From contig VXWG01000053.1 in assembly GCA_009836005.1 (NCBI GenBank), positions 45,722 to 109,721 on the forward strand: a stretch of 64,000 nt of DNA, written 5' to 3'. Under the pieces are notes generated by a model, which saw only the letters and a list, made by a program, of their open reading frames with translations, was not told the DNA's origin and made no database searches. Within the stretch, counting starts at the first letter, position 1. Each line of letters opens with the position of its first letter. The translations under genes were made by a program, and so were the position numbers. The stretch is from Candidatus Palauibacter irciniicola (lineage in GTDB: Bacteria; Gemmatimonadota; Gemmatimonadetes; Palauibacterales; Palauibacteraceae). Positions 46,228-56,579 of this stretch are shown here, piece by piece.

Positions 46228-47186
46228 TAGCTGTACCGTGTCGGCGTGGCCGAGAGCCCGAGCATTTCGCGCGCCTGCGCGGGCGTGGCGACCTCGCGGT
46301 TCAGTTCGTGCGCGATCCGGACGGCGCGCTCCACGAGCTGGCGGTTGCTCGCCACCTTCTGGCCGCGACGGTAGTAGATGTTGTCCTCGAGGCCGACGCG
46401 GACATGGCCTCCCATGAGGGTGGCGAGCGTGGTCATGGGAAGCTGGTGCGGCCCGATGCCGGAGCACAGCCAGACGGAACCCTCCGGGAACTCCCGGACC
46501 ATGTTCACGACGTTGTCGACGGTCGGCCAGCTCGACGTCTGGTAGCCCATCACGGTCTGGACCCAGTAGGGCGCCTCGATGAGGCCCTGCGCCATCAGGT
46601 CCCGGATCACCCACCCGCAGCCGGGGTGGTAGGTCTCGAGTTCGGGCTTGATGCCGCGCGCCTTCATCTCCGCCGCGAAGTGCGCGATCTGCCTGTAGGA
46701 GAACGGCGTGCAGTCGTCGAAGTCGATCGCGGGGCGCGGGTGCGTGTACTCCTCTCCCCGCGGCTTCAGTTTGAACTTGCCCATGTCCGGGGCGAGGTTC
46801 AGCGACGCGACCTCGGGGTTGGCGTCGAGGCAGGACAGGCGCTGTTCATCGTCCATCCACAGGTCGCCGCCGGTCGTGTTGTTGATGATGATCTCGGGGC
46901 AGCGCTCGCGCAGGCGGCGGTTCGCCTCCAGCCACACCTCCGTCGTCGTCGCCCCCTTCCACAGCGTCTCGGGGTTGCGGGCGTGGATGTGCACCATCGA
47001 GGCGCCCGCGTCGTATGCCTCGCCGACGGATTCGGCGAGTTCCTCGGACGTCTCCGGGAGGGCCTCGTTATACTCCTTGCCCTGGATGCCGCCGTTCGCG
47101 GCCAGGCAGATGATGACGGGGGGCATGCCGCCGGCGACCCTGTCCATGTAGGCGTAGGGGTCGCCGTAGTTCCAGGTCGTGGTCAT
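46227..47186 (-). CDS. Beta-keto acid cleavage enzyme (BKACE/DUF849; 3-keto-5-aminohexanoate cleavage enzyme Kce-like)
   Basis: Starts MTTTWNYGDPYAYMDRVAGGMPPVIICLAANGG. TIM-barrel BKACE signatures HIHARNPE and GLEDNIYY. Confidence 0.75.
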   Translation of the reverse strand: MTTTWNYGDPYAYMDRVAGGMPPVIICLAANGGIQGKEYNEALPETSEELAESVGEAYDAGASMVHIHARNPETLWKGATTTEVWLEANRRLRERCPEIIINNTTGGDLWMDDEQRLSCLDANPEVASLNLAPDMGKFKLKPRGEEYTHPRPAIDFDDCTPFSYRQIAHFAAEMKARGIKPELETYHPGCGWVIRDLMAQGLIEAPYWVQTVMGYQTSSWPTVDNVVNMVREFPEGSVWLCSGIGPHQLPMTTLATLMGGHVRVGLEDNIYYRRGQKVASNRQLVERAVRIAHELNREVATPAQAREMLGLSATPTRYS

Positions 47187-47278
47187 GTGCTCCTCGGCGG
47201 GCTGTTGTCGTCTCGGGAGGCTGTTCTCGTTTCGTCTGGGACGCTCGGCCATCTCACACCGATTCACAAGAGGATGCC

Positions 47279-48175
47279 ATGTCCGGTACGGAACGCGTCG
47301 CAGGGATCGTAGCCATCATCGGCGCGGGAACGATGGGGCGACGGATCGCCTACGGCTGTGCGGTGCGGGGGGTGCCCGCGCGGCTGCACGATATCTCGGA
47401 GGAGGCGCTCGCCGGAGCGATCGAAGACGTGCGCGCGCTGCTCGAGGCCGCGGACGACGGGCACGGGGCCGGCGCGACACATGGCGTCGTGGAGGCGTGC
47501 GGGGATCTCGAGGACTGCGTGCGGGAGGCGGACTGGGTCATCGAGACGGTCCACGAAGACCTCGAACTGAAACGCGTCGTCCTCGGGCGAATCGGCGCGG
47601 CGGCGCCGCCGGAGGCGTTCATCGCCTCCAACACCTCCTCGCTGCCGGGTTCGTGGATGGCGGAGTCGACGGGCCGTCCCGGGCGGTTCACGAACATGAA
47701 CTTCGGCCCGCCGGAGGACCTCAAGGTCGAGGTCATGGGGCACCCCGGTACCGACCCCGCGACGGTCGATGCGGCGAAGCGGTTCCTGCGCGGGCTCGGC
47801 CTCGTGCCGATCGTCGCCCGTCGCGAGATCCAGGGCTATCCGACGAACCGGATCTGGCGCGCCATCAAGAAGGAGTCGCTGCACCTGGTCGCCGGCGGAT
47901 ACCTGAGCGCCGAAGAGATCGACCGGGCGTGGATGCTCGACTGGGGCACGCCGATTGGGCCGTGCGGACTCATGGATGTGGTCGGACTCGACGTCGTGCG
48001 TGACATCGAGAACGTGTACTACGAGGCCTCCGGTGACCCGTCCGACAAGCCGCCCGGCTTCCTCGACCGGATGGTCGAGCGCGGGGAACTGGGCGTGAAG
48101 TCGGGGAAGGGGTTCTACACCTACCCGTCGCCCGCCTTCGAGCGGGACGGTTGGCTCACGGCCTCCGACGACTGA
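47279..48175 (+). CDS. 3-hydroxyacyl-CoA dehydrogenase family protein (L-carnitine / 3-hydroxybutyryl-CoA dehydrogenase-like)
   Basis: Rossmann motif IIGAGTMGRRIA, NTSSL, and a C-terminal 3HCDH_C domain. Confidence 0.8.
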   Translation: MSGTERVAGIVAIIGAGTMGRRIAYGCAVRGVPARLHDISEEALAGAIEDVRALLEAADDGHGAGATHGVVEACGDLEDCVREADWVIETVHEDLELKRVVLGRIGAAAPPEAFIASNTSSLPGSWMAESTGRPGRFTNMNFGPPEDLKVEVMGHPGTDPATVDAAKRFLRGLGLVPIVARREIQGYPTNRIWRAIKKESLHLVAGGYLSAEEIDRAWMLDWGTPIGPCGLMDVVGLDVVRDIENVYYEASGDPSDKPPGFLDRMVERGELGVKSGKGFYTYPSPAFERDGWLTASDD

Positions 48176-48178
48176 CGC

Positions 48179-48616
48179 CTACCAGGTCACGACGCCGTCG
48201 CGGCCGACCCGCAGTTCGTCGCCGGTCTCGACCCGGTCGAGCAGTTCGGGCCCCAGCCGATCCACGCACACGATCGCCGTGTCGAGCCAGACATCGGCCA
48301 GGATCAGGCCGCCGGCCGTGAGCGGATCCACCTCCCCGGGCAGGAGGAGTCCGGCGGGGGCGAGACCGAGTTCCGCGATGCGCTCCCAGCAGGGCCCGGC
48401 GGACGTCGAGCCCACGCAGAAGGGCGCGAGGACGATCCGTCCGGTGAGCGGTTCGCCGAAGAGTTCGGTGTTCTGCGGATCCCCGCACACGGCCGCGTCG
48501 ATCCCTCCGTCGAACTGGTCGCAGAAGCTCGCGAAGGGGTTGAACCCGACCCGGGATACGGCGGCGGGCGCCGCGACCTCCCCGCCGATGACCGCCCGGC
48601 CCTGGAGGCGGGGCAT
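48179..48616 (-). CDS. Aconitase X swivel-domain small subunit (DUF126)
   Basis: Roughly 145 aa. Adjacent to and overlapping the DUF521 gene (its start overlaps the large-subunit stop). Confidence 0.55.
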   Translation of the reverse strand: MPRLQGRAVIGGEVAAPAAVSRVGFNPFASFCDQFDGGIDAAVCGDPQNTELFGEPLTGRIVLAPFCVGSTSAGPCWERIAELGLAPAGLLLPGEVDPLTAGGLILADVWLDTAIVCVDRLGPELLDRVETGDELRVGRDGVVTW

Positions 48617-49974
48617 CAGGCGTGACTCCCGGAGGAGGTCCCCGAGGGGCCCGTCGTGGAGGCCGCGGCGGCACCCTCCGTGCCGCCTGTCACCATCACC
48701 CGGAGGAGTGCCTCATCGTCGAGCATGTACACGTTGCGACTGTAGTAGCGAAGCTTGTTCGAATTCGTGACGACGCAGGCGGGCGCGAGGATCGGGTCCT
48801 GCATGAACGCCTCCAGGCAGAAGGACCCCACGTGTCCTCCCGCGACGGCGAGGGTCGCGAAGCCCGGATGTTCGGCGCGGAAGCGGGACACCACGTCGGG
48901 GGCCGCGACGAAGACCGTCTCCACCGCGAGGCGGTCGCGTCCGGCGCGCGCGAGTTCGCCCTCCACCGCATCGGTCCACGCGCACAACTGGTCGTAGGTG
49001 AGGTGTGGGCAGCCGAGCAGGACCTTGTTCGGCCGCAGTTCCTCGACCGGGCGGTCGGCGCGCAGCGACGCTCCGACCGACTCGATCTGTCCCTCGTCGA
49101 TCGTCAGCCGGCGAGCGTCGTCGCGGATGAGCCGCCGGCCGTACCGCTTCGCCTCCACGGTGACGCCTTCCACGTGGAAGAGGCCGACCCCGCCCCCCAC
49201 GGAAGCGTTCGTCCCGAAGTCGCGCAGGAACTTCCCGCTGGCCGGGTGTTCGCCACCTTCGAGCATGTCCGCGAGGCCCGTCAACCAGGGGATCCCGGCT
49301 CCGACTTCCCGCCCGACGATGTAGCCGAGCACCTGGCCGTTGATCGGCCCCGCCGCCTCGACCTCGACGAGCCAGCTCGCGCGCCGCCCCTCGTCCGTCA
49401 GCAGACCGGCGAGCGGCGTCTTGCCGACGACGTTGGAGATGAGATCGAGGATCCCGGGATTCCGGTGCGTGCGCGCGCCGATGACGGAGTTCGCGTACAC
49501 CACCGCGGAGGATTCCGCCCACGCCACGATCTGGCCGTACGAGGGCCGGTTCGCGACCTCCTCGAACCACGGCGTGCAGGTCAGGCCGCCCGCGTCGCGC
49601 AGGCCCAGCTTCGTGAGCGCCTCCCGGTAGCGCACCTCGGTTGGGTAGGCGCGGGCGAGCCGCTTCCGCTGGTCGTCTGTCAGATCCGACAGCGTCTCGT
49701 TGAGGATCGTGGCCGGGTCGGCCGTGAAGGGAAGCGCGGCCCGGACCCCGGCGTCGACGAGCGACTCGAGAAACTCCGTCCGCGCCCCGACCCCGGGCTT
49801 GGACTCCGGAATCACGAGGTGCCCCGGACCCTCCACCGGCACGAGCCGCTCCGCATCCATCGCCTCGCCGAAGCGGACCATGGTGAGGAGGAGCTTCCGG
49901 GGGATCTCCCCTCGGCTCCCGTCGAGGACCTCTCGCTCGTCTCGGGTCAGATCCATCGTACCGTCGGCTGTCAC
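48616..49974 (-). CDS. Aconitase X catalytic large subunit (DUF521; cis-3-hydroxy-L-proline dehydratase-like)
   Basis: Roughly 450 aa with a Cys-containing AcnX-like core. The pair with the DUF126 gene is diagnostic of type II AcnX. Confidence 0.65.
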   Translation of the reverse strand: MTADGTMDLTRDEREVLDGSRGEIPRKLLLTMVRFGEAMDAERLVPVEGPGHLVIPESKPGVGARTEFLESLVDAGVRAALPFTADPATILNETLSDLTDDQRKRLARAYPTEVRYREALTKLGLRDAGGLTCTPWFEEVANRPSYGQIVAWAESSAVVYANSVIGARTHRNPGILDLISNVVGKTPLAGLLTDEGRRASWLVEVEAAGPINGQVLGYIVGREVGAGIPWLTGLADMLEGGEHPASGKFLRDFGTNASVGGGVGLFHVEGVTVEAKRYGRRLIRDDARRLTIDEGQIESVGASLRADRPVEELRPNKVLLGCPHLTYDQLCAWTDAVEGELARAGRDRLAVETVFVAAPDVVSRFRAEHPGFATLAVAGGHVGSFCLEAFMQDPILAPACVVTNSNKLRYYSRNVYMLDDEALLRVMVTGGTEGAAAASTTGPSGTSSGSHA

Positions 49975-50125
49975 CTCTTTGGACGTTCTCGGCCGTTCCC
50001 GGAGGCTCGGTCGCGGGCTGCGGATTCACAAGGCCGGCGCATGGTACGAAGATCTTCGTTGACAGGGCGGGCCGAACCACGTATCCTTTCGTACGAAGAT
50101 ATTCGTACATGCTTGCGCGGGGACG

Positions 50126-50521
50126 TTGCCAGGAGGGGGTGAAGCCTTGAGGGATCCGACATTCAGCGACCGGGAGCTGGACATCATGAGTGTCCTGTGG
50201 CGCCGCGGGTCCGGCTCCGTGAGCGAGGTCATGGAGGCGCTCGAGGACGAGGTCGGCTATACGACCGTTCTCAAGTTCCTTCAGATCCTCGAAAAGAAAG
50301 GTGCCGTCCGGCACGAGGCGGAGGGCCGCGCGTATCGGTACTTCCCGCTCGTCGCCTCCGAAACGGCGGGGGAGACGGCCCTGGCCCGGATCCGGGACAA
50401 GATCTTCGGCGGGTCGGCGGAACTCGTCCTCGCCCAACTCATCTCGGGCCGGGAGGTGTCGCCGGAGGAACTGGAGCGCATGCGGCGGATCCTCGATGAA
50501 CTGGAGGAGGGCGAGCCATGA
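50126..50521 (+). CDS. BlaI/MecI/CopY-family transcriptional repressor
   Basis: Winged-helix pattern DIMSVLWRRGSGSVSEVMEAL...YTTVLKFLQILEKKGAV. Start is probably a non-ATG codon. Confidence 0.7.
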   Translation: MPGGGEALRDPTFSDRELDIMSVLWRRGSGSVSEVMEALEDEVGYTTVLKFLQILEKKGAVRHEAEGRAYRYFPLVASETAGETALARIRDKIFGGSAELVLAQLISGREVSPEELERMRRILDELEEGEP

Positions 50522-52041
50522 CTCTCGCCACGATGATGTACGGGTTGATCGTCGCCGTCCTCGTCGCCGGGGCCGCGTGGTGCCTCGACCGGGGTCTGCG
50601 GACCCACGGGCGGCCGACCCGGTGGGTCTGGCTCGGCGCCCTCGGGGTCGGCGCGCTGGCGCCGTTTCTTCCCCGATTCCTTCCGGCCGCGGCAACCGCC
50701 GCCGGTCCCGGACCCTTCGCCCTTCCCGTCGGCGTCCTGTACGAACTCGGAACGGCGGCTCCCTCGCTTCCCGTGCAGGGCGGGAGCCTCCTCGCGGGGA
50801 TCGGGATCGAGGACGTCCTCGGAGCCCTGTGGGTCGTGGGTTCCGCCGTCGTCCTCATCCTCTTCGTTCTGATCTGCCTCCGGCTGCGGCGCCTGCGCGC
50901 GGCGTGGGAGCCTCGGGACGTCTGCGGCGAGGAGGTGCTGCGCTCGAAGCGGTTCGGGCCGGCCGTCGTGGGGCTCATCCGGTCACGGATCGTCCTTCCG
51001 TCGTGGGCCTTCGGCCTCGGCGAGAAGGAACTCGAGATGGTCGTGCTGCACGAGCGGGAACACGTGCGGGCGCGCGATCCGGTCCTCCTGACGGCGGGGC
51101 TCCTGCTCGCGGCGCTCTCGCCCTGGAATCCGGCGGTCTGGTGGTCGCTCGCCAGGCTCCGGCTCGCCGTGGAAGGGGACTGCGATCGCCGCGTCCTGGC
51201 CCGCGGCGCCTCCGCGCGGAGCTACGCGCGCCTTCTCTTGACAGTCGCCGCCGGATCCCGGCACACCCCGGAGCCGGCGCCTGCCCTGATTCGCGGCGGC
51301 CCCTCGGTAATCGAAAGGAGACTCATGATGATCAGGACCGCGACGAGGAAGCCTCGAATCCGGGCTTCCATCCTCACCGCCGCCGCCGGGTTGGGCCTGT
51401 TCGCCCTGGCTTGCGACACCCCAATTCCGCAGAGCCCGACCGACCCCGAGCGCGCCTCGCGCGTGGAGGGTGTCGTCGGTTCGGAAGGCGTCGTCAGCGT
51501 GGAGGGCGTCATCGGCTCCGAAGCTGCCGCCGGCCTGGAAGCAGCGGTCGGTCTGCAAGCGGAGATCGGGTACGTGGACGAAGATGGAACCTACCGGGTC
51601 CACGCGGGGAAATGGGCGGTGGACCCGGAAGCAGGCTTCGGATACGTGGACGAAGACGGGATCTTCCAGGCGGTCGATCTCGACCCGGAAGCCAAGGCGC
51701 GCATCCGCGCGACGGTCGAGCGCCTCGAGCACGCCAAGCGGGAAATCGAAATCACGCGCGAGAGGCTCGACCAGCGCCTGCAATCGGGCGAAATCACGGA
51801 AAAGGAGATCCCCAGGGATCTGTGGCTGCGTCTGGGAAATGTGACGGAGCAGCTCGAGGAGTTGCCGGATATTGAGTGGGAGGAATGGGAGGAGATTATG
51901 ACCGAGTTGGCCATGGAGGTCCGGCGGCTCCACGCGGCCTTCGAGGCAGGCGAGATCACGCGCGACGAGGCGGAGCAAATGCTACGGACCCACATGGAGG
52001 CCCGTAGCGCCCGTCTGCGGTGGCCCGACAGGCCGCGCTGA
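50518..52041 (+). CDS. BlaR1/MecR1-like M56 peptidase-domain signal transducer with a non-canonical C-terminal domain
   Basis: Four N-terminal TM helices, a HExxH zinc motif (VVLHEREHVRARD), then a C-terminus with tandem repeats (EGVVGSEGVVSVEGVIGSE; GYVDEDGTYRV / GYVDEDGIFQAV) and coiled coil. The start overlaps the BlaI stop (ATGA). Confidence 0.7.
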   Translation: MTLATMMYGLIVAVLVAGAAWCLDRGLRTHGRPTRWVWLGALGVGALAPFLPRFLPAAATAAGPGPFALPVGVLYELGTAAPSLPVQGGSLLAGIGIEDVLGALWVVGSAVVLILFVLICLRLRRLRAAWEPRDVCGEEVLRSKRFGPAVVGLIRSRIVLPSWAFGLGEKELEMVVLHEREHVRARDPVLLTAGLLLAALSPWNPAVWWSLARLRLAVEGDCDRRVLARGASARSYARLLLTVAAGSRHTPEPAPALIRGGPSVIERRLMMIRTATRKPRIRASILTAAAGLGLFALACDTPIPQSPTDPERASRVEGVVGSEGVVSVEGVIGSEAAAGLEAAVGLQAEIGYVDEDGTYRVHAGKWAVDPEAGFGYVDEDGIFQAVDLDPEAKARIRATVERLEHAKREIEITRERLDQRLQSGEITEKEIPRDLWLRLGNVTEQLEELPDIEWEEWEEIMTELAMEVRRLHAAFEAGEITRDEAEQMLRTHMEARSARLRWPDRPR

Positions 52042-52183
52042 TCCCCGACCCCGGCGCCGGAGACCGTTGCGGCCCGGCGTCCCCGGCGGCACCGTAACTC
52101 CGTTCGGTTGCGCCTCCGAGCCCTGACCCGAGGGTCGGGCCCGGAGGCGCCAGTCGCGGGACACTCCGACCCGGGGAACTCAC

Positions 52184-53713
52184 ATGACTCCGTCGCGCCG
52201 CCTCGCGGTTTCGTCCGCCGCCGTCCTGACCCTGACCGCCTTCGCTCCCGCCCCCACGGTCGACCTCGTCCCCGCCCTCGCGTGCGATGAACTGACCGCC
52301 ATGTCCTGGAGCGGTTTCACGCTGGACGAGGTGTCGGAGGTCGAGGCCGGAGCCAACGACCCGGCGCACTGCCGCGTGCGCGGGACGATCGACGAGGAGA
52401 TCCACTTCGAACTCCTCCTCCCGCTGGCCGAAGACTGGAACGGCCGCTTCCTCATGGGCGGCGGCGGTGGGTTCGTGGGGAGCGTACAGAACCAGGCGCT
52501 CCAGTTCGCGGGGCCGGTCTCGGTCCTGACCCGAGGGTTCGCCACGGTGGGGACGGACACGGGACACCAGGGCCCGGGCATCGACGCGAGCTGGGCGCTG
52601 AACCGGCCCGACCGCGAGGTGAACTTCGGCCACCGGGCGGTGCACGTGACGGCGGAAACGGCGAAGACGATCGTCCGCCTCTTCTACGGCCGCGACATCG
52701 AATACTCCTACTTCATCGGCTGCTCGCGCGGCGGGGGCCAGGCGATGATGTCGTCGCAGCGCTACCCGGACGACTTCGACGGCATCGTGTCCGGGGCGCC
52801 GGCCTACGACTGGCCCGGCCTCGGCGCCTTCTTCCTCCAGACCCAGCAGGCCCTGTATCCCGATCCGAACGACCTCGCGACCCCGGTGATCACCGACGAG
52901 GCGGCGGCCATCCTCGAAGCCGCGATTCTCGAGGCGTGCGACGCGAACGACGGCGTGGAGGACGGGTTCATGACGAACCCTCTGGCATGCGATATCGACA
53001 TCGCTTCGATCGAGGGACTGACCGACGAACAGCGGGCGGCCGCGGAAGTGGTCTACGGCGGCGCCCGCGTGGGAGATCGGCACGTTTACCCCGGCTTCCC
53101 GTTCGGGGGCGAGACCGACCAGGGCGGATGGAGGAGTTGGGTCACGGGGCGCGAGATGCAGCTGGGTCCGGCCGGACCCAACCTCCACTACGCCTTCGGC
53201 ACGCAGATGTACAAGTACATCATCTTCGACGACCCGGAGTTCGACTACTCCACGTACGACTTCAGCGACTACTTCTCGTGGGAGGAGGACACGCGCCGCG
53301 CCCGCGCGATCCTGAACGCGACGGACACGGACCTGAGCGGCTTCAAGACGGCGGGTGGGAAGCTGATCCTGTGGACCGGCTGGTCGGACTCGGCGATTCC
53401 CGCCAGCGGCACGATCGCCTACTACGAGAGCGTGGCCGCGGGCGACGAGGAGGCGGACGACTACACGCGGCTGTTCATGCTGCCCGGTGTGCTGCACTGC
53501 GCGGGTGGCCCGGGTCCCGACTTCGTCGACTGGATCGCCGCCATCCAGTCGTGGGTGGAGGAGGACGAGGCCCCCGAGCGGCTCGTCGCGTCGAAGTTCG
53601 GCGAGTCCGGCGTCGAGATGCAGCGGCCCGTGTGCCCGTGGCCGGCCTACGCCGCCTACAACGGCACCGGAGACCCGAAGCAGGAGGACAGCTTCGAATG
53701 CGTCGCACCGTGA
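52184..53713 (+). CDS. Secreted tannase / feruloyl-esterase family alpha/beta hydrolase
   Basis: Signal peptide. GCSRGG nucleophile motif in the tannase-family context, plus Cys residues typical of the lid disulfide. Confidence 0.7.
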   Translation: MTPSRRLAVSSAAVLTLTAFAPAPTVDLVPALACDELTAMSWSGFTLDEVSEVEAGANDPAHCRVRGTIDEEIHFELLLPLAEDWNGRFLMGGGGGFVGSVQNQALQFAGPVSVLTRGFATVGTDTGHQGPGIDASWALNRPDREVNFGHRAVHVTAETAKTIVRLFYGRDIEYSYFIGCSRGGGQAMMSSQRYPDDFDGIVSGAPAYDWPGLGAFFLQTQQALYPDPNDLATPVITDEAAAILEAAILEACDANDGVEDGFMTNPLACDIDIASIEGLTDEQRAAAEVVYGGARVGDRHVYPGFPFGGETDQGGWRSWVTGREMQLGPAGPNLHYAFGTQMYKYIIFDDPEFDYSTYDFSDYFSWEEDTRRARAILNATDTDLSGFKTAGGKLILWTGWSDSAIPASGTIAYYESVAAGDEEADDYTRLFMLPGVLHCAGGPGPDFVDWIAAIQSWVEEDEAPERLVASKFGESGVEMQRPVCPWPAYAAYNGTGDPKQEDSFECVAP

Positions 53714-54165
53714 TTACGCTCAGAGTGAATGGCGAGACGCACTCGCTGGACGTGGAACCCTCGACCCCGCTGCTCTACGTCCTCCGGAACGACCTCGGAC
53801 TCAGGGGGCCCCGGTTCGGCTGCGGCCTCGGCCAGTGCGGGACGTGCACGGTCCTCATGGACGGCCGCGCCATCCGCTCGTGCATGCGGCCGGTGTCCCG
53901 CGCGGAGGGCGAGATCACCACGCTCGAGGGACTCTCTGCCGACGGAGAGCTGGATCCCGTGCAGCAGGCGTGGATCGACGAGCAGGTGCCGCAGTGCGGG
54001 TACTGCCAGAACGGCCAGATTCTCACGGCCAAGGCGCTCCTCGACCGCAATCCGGACCCGAGTGACGAGGAGATTCGGCAGGGGATGAACGGCGCCCTCT
54101 GCCGCTGCATGACGTACTACCGGATCCAGTCCGCCGTGAGACGCGCCGCGGAGGCGAACCGATGA
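53698..54165 (+). CDS. [2Fe-2S]-binding small subunit of a molybdenum hydroxylase (IorA/CoxS-like)
   Basis: Plant-type ferredoxin cluster [12 protein letters not shown] and a second cluster QCGYCQNGQ...CRCMTY. Overlaps the tannase stop by 16 nt. Confidence 0.8.
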   Translation: MRRTVITLRVNGETHSLDVEPSTPLLYVLRNDLGLRGPRFGCGLGQCGTCTVLMDGRAIRSCMRPVSRAEGEITTLEGLSADGELDPVQQAWIDEQVPQCGYCQNGQILTAKALLDRNPDPSDEEIRQGMNGALCRCMTYYRIQSAVRRAAEANR

Positions 54166-56564
54166 AGCGCCCCGAGGAGTTCCCGGCGGGGATGGAAGAG
54201 GCCCTCGTCCCGTGGGAGGGAAGCACCTCCCGCCGTGACTTCGTCAAGACGTCGGGGCTCTTCGTCCTCGGCTTCAGCAGCGTGGGCTTCAGCGGCGTGG
54301 GCGGCATCGGCCGGAACGGGTCCGGCGACCCCGGCGAGGCGAACCCGTATCCGGACCCGGATTATCTCCAGCTCGACTCGTGGCTCGTCGTGCACGAGGA
54401 CGGCACGGCCACCTTCTACGTCGGCAAGACCGACGGCGGGCAGGGGACCGGGACCGCCATGCGCCAGATGATGTGCGACGAACTCGACCTCGCCTACGAC
54501 CGGGCCACGCTCGTCATGGGCCGCACGGACATGACGGTGGACCAGGGCGGTTCGGGCGGTTCGGACGCGATCGAGCGGGATGCCCTGGCGGCGCGGCGGG
54601 TCGCGGCGGAGGCGCGCCGTGTCCTGCTGGAACTGGCTTCGGAGCGCTTCGAGGTCCCCGCCGACGAACTTGCCGTCAGCGAAGGCGTCATCTCCGTGGC
54701 CGCGGAGCCCGCCCGCACGGCCACGTACGGCCAGCTGATCGGCGGCCGACGCTTCGATGTTGCCCTCACGGGAAGGAACGTCAACGAGACGACCGGCCTC
54801 GCGGCCGTGAAGCCGGTCCGGGAACTGAAGATCGTCGGGCAGTCCGTCCCGCGGTACGACATCCCCGCCAAGGTCGACGGATCGCTCGAGTGGGCGGTCG
54901 ACGTGCGGCTCCCCGGCATGGTCCACGCGCGGAACGTGCGGCCGCCCTTCGCGGGCGCGCGGCTCGTCTCCATCGACGAATCTTCGGTGCGCGACATCCC
55001 CGGCTTCATCCGCGTCTTCCGTGAGGGGAACTACGTCGCGGTCGTCTGCGAGCGGGAGGAACAGGCGATCCAGGCGGCGGAGAGCCTCGCCCTCGAGTGG
55101 GAGCAGCCGGAAACGGCGCCGTTCCCGTCCTCCGAGGACCTTTTCGACTACATGCGGGGCGCGACCCCGGTCGGCGCGGGGACCGGAACATCTCCTCGTC
55201 CCCGCGTGGAGGGGGATCCCGACGCGGCGCTGGCGGGCGCGGCGTCGGTCGTTGAAGCCGGCTACGACATCCCCTTCCAGGGACACACGGCGATCGGGCC
55301 CGCCCACGCCGTGGCCGACCCCTCGGACGGGCAGATGACGGTCTACACGAACGACATGAAGCCCTACAGCCACCGCACAGGGATCGCCGAGTTCCTCGGC
55401 ATGCCGCCGGAGCGGGTGCGGGTGATCTGGATGGAGGGTCCGCAGCTCTACGGGCGCACGGCGGCGGACGACGCGGGCTTCGAGGCGGCGTACCTGGCCC
55501 GCGAGCTGGGCCGCCCCGTGCGGATGCAGTGGATGCGGCACGAGGAGACGGCCTGGGACACGAAGGGCCCGGCCTTCGCCATCGACCTGCGCGGGGGGCT
55601 GGACGACGCCGGCAACGTGGTCGCGCTCGACTATCGCGCCCGGATCGCGAACTACGCGCACGTCGGCTACAACCAGGCCGACACGGTGCTCATCGCCCAG
55701 CTCATGGGCATCCGGCCCGAGCGGCCGTCTCCCGGCGGCGGCCGGGGCCCGGACGAGATGTACCACATCCCGAACCGGCGGGAGGAGACGCGGGCCGTCC
55801 GCTTCCCGCTCGCCTTCGAGACGCCGCTCCGCACCGGCAACCTGCGCGACCCCAACGGGCCGCAGACGACCTTCGCCGGCGAATCGTTCATCGATGAGAT
55901 GGCCGCGGCCGCGAACGCGGACCCGGTCGAGTTCCGCCTCCGTCTCCTGCGCGGGACGACGGAGGACGACGCGACGTTCCGCCGGGCCCGCTCCATCGCC
56001 GTCGTCGAGGCGGCGGCCGAGGCGTTCGGCTGGGAGCCGCGACCCTCGCCCCGGGAGCCGGGCGACGGGCCCATCCTCACCGGGCGCGGCATCTCCTACG
56101 GGTACCGCGTACAGACGGCCGTCGCGACGGTCGCGGAGGTGGAGGTCGACCGGGAGAGCGGGCGCGTGTGGGTCAAGCGCATGGTGTGTGCGCACGACTG
56201 CGGCCTCGTGATCAACCCCGACGGTCTTGAAAGCACGATCCAGGGGAACCTCCTGCACGGGATCAGCCGGACCCTGTACGAGGAGGTGCAGTTCGACGGC
56301 GAGCGGGTGACCAGCGTCGACTGGCGCACGCACCCGACGCTGACGCACCGGGACGCGCCCGAGCAGATCGATGTCGTGATCGTGAACGGCGACCCGAACC
56401 CGGACCGGCCGGACCTGCCGCACTACGGAGCGGGGGAGCCCTCGCACCGCACGGTCCCCGCGGCGATCGCGAACGCGATCCACGACGCGACCGGCGTGCG
56501 CATGCGCCGCATCCCGCTGCGCCCGGAGCGTGTGCTCGCGGAACTCACGGCGGCGGGAGCGTAG
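54162..56564 (+). CDS. Molybdopterin-binding large subunit of a xanthine-dehydrogenase-family oxidoreductase (IorB / aldehyde oxidoreductase-like), Tat-exported
   Basis: Tat signal [15 protein letters not shown] with MoCo-binding domains. ATGA overlap with the small-subunit stop. No FAD subunit present. Confidence 0.8.
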   Translation: MKRPEEFPAGMEEALVPWEGSTSRRDFVKTSGLFVLGFSSVGFSGVGGIGRNGSGDPGEANPYPDPDYLQLDSWLVVHEDGTATFYVGKTDGGQGTGTAMRQMMCDELDLAYDRATLVMGRTDMTVDQGGSGGSDAIERDALAARRVAAEARRVLLELASERFEVPADELAVSEGVISVAAEPARTATYGQLIGGRRFDVALTGRNVNETTGLAAVKPVRELKIVGQSVPRYDIPAKVDGSLEWAVDVRLPGMVHARNVRPPFAGARLVSIDESSVRDIPGFIRVFREGNYVAVVCEREEQAIQAAESLALEWEQPETAPFPSSEDLFDYMRGATPVGAGTGTSPRPRVEGDPDAALAGAASVVEAGYDIPFQGHTAIGPAHAVADPSDGQMTVYTNDMKPYSHRTGIAEFLGMPPERVRVIWMEGPQLYGRTAADDAGFEAAYLARELGRPVRMQWMRHEETAWDTKGPAFAIDLRGGLDDAGNVVALDYRARIANYAHVGYNQADTVLIAQLMGIRPERPSPGGGRGPDEMYHIPNRREETRAVRFPLAFETPLRTGNLRDPNGPQTTFAGESFIDEMAAAANADPVEFRLRLLRGTTEDDATFRRARSIAVVEAAAEAFGWEPRPSPREPGDGPILTGRGISYGYRVQTAVATVAEVEVDRESGRVWVKRMVCAHDCGLVINPDGLESTIQGNLLHGISRTLYEEVQFDGERVTSVDWRTHPTLTHRDAPEQIDVVIVNGDPNPDRPDLPHYGAGEPSHRTVPAAIANAIHDATGVRMRRIPLRPERVLAELTAAGA

Positions 56565-56579
56565 GTTCTCCCGCGCAGG

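Noticed and set aside
51956-53497. 513-aa minus ORF
   Set aside because: Antisense to the tannase/feruloyl-esterase CDS, which carries a clear GCSRGG motif and signal peptide.
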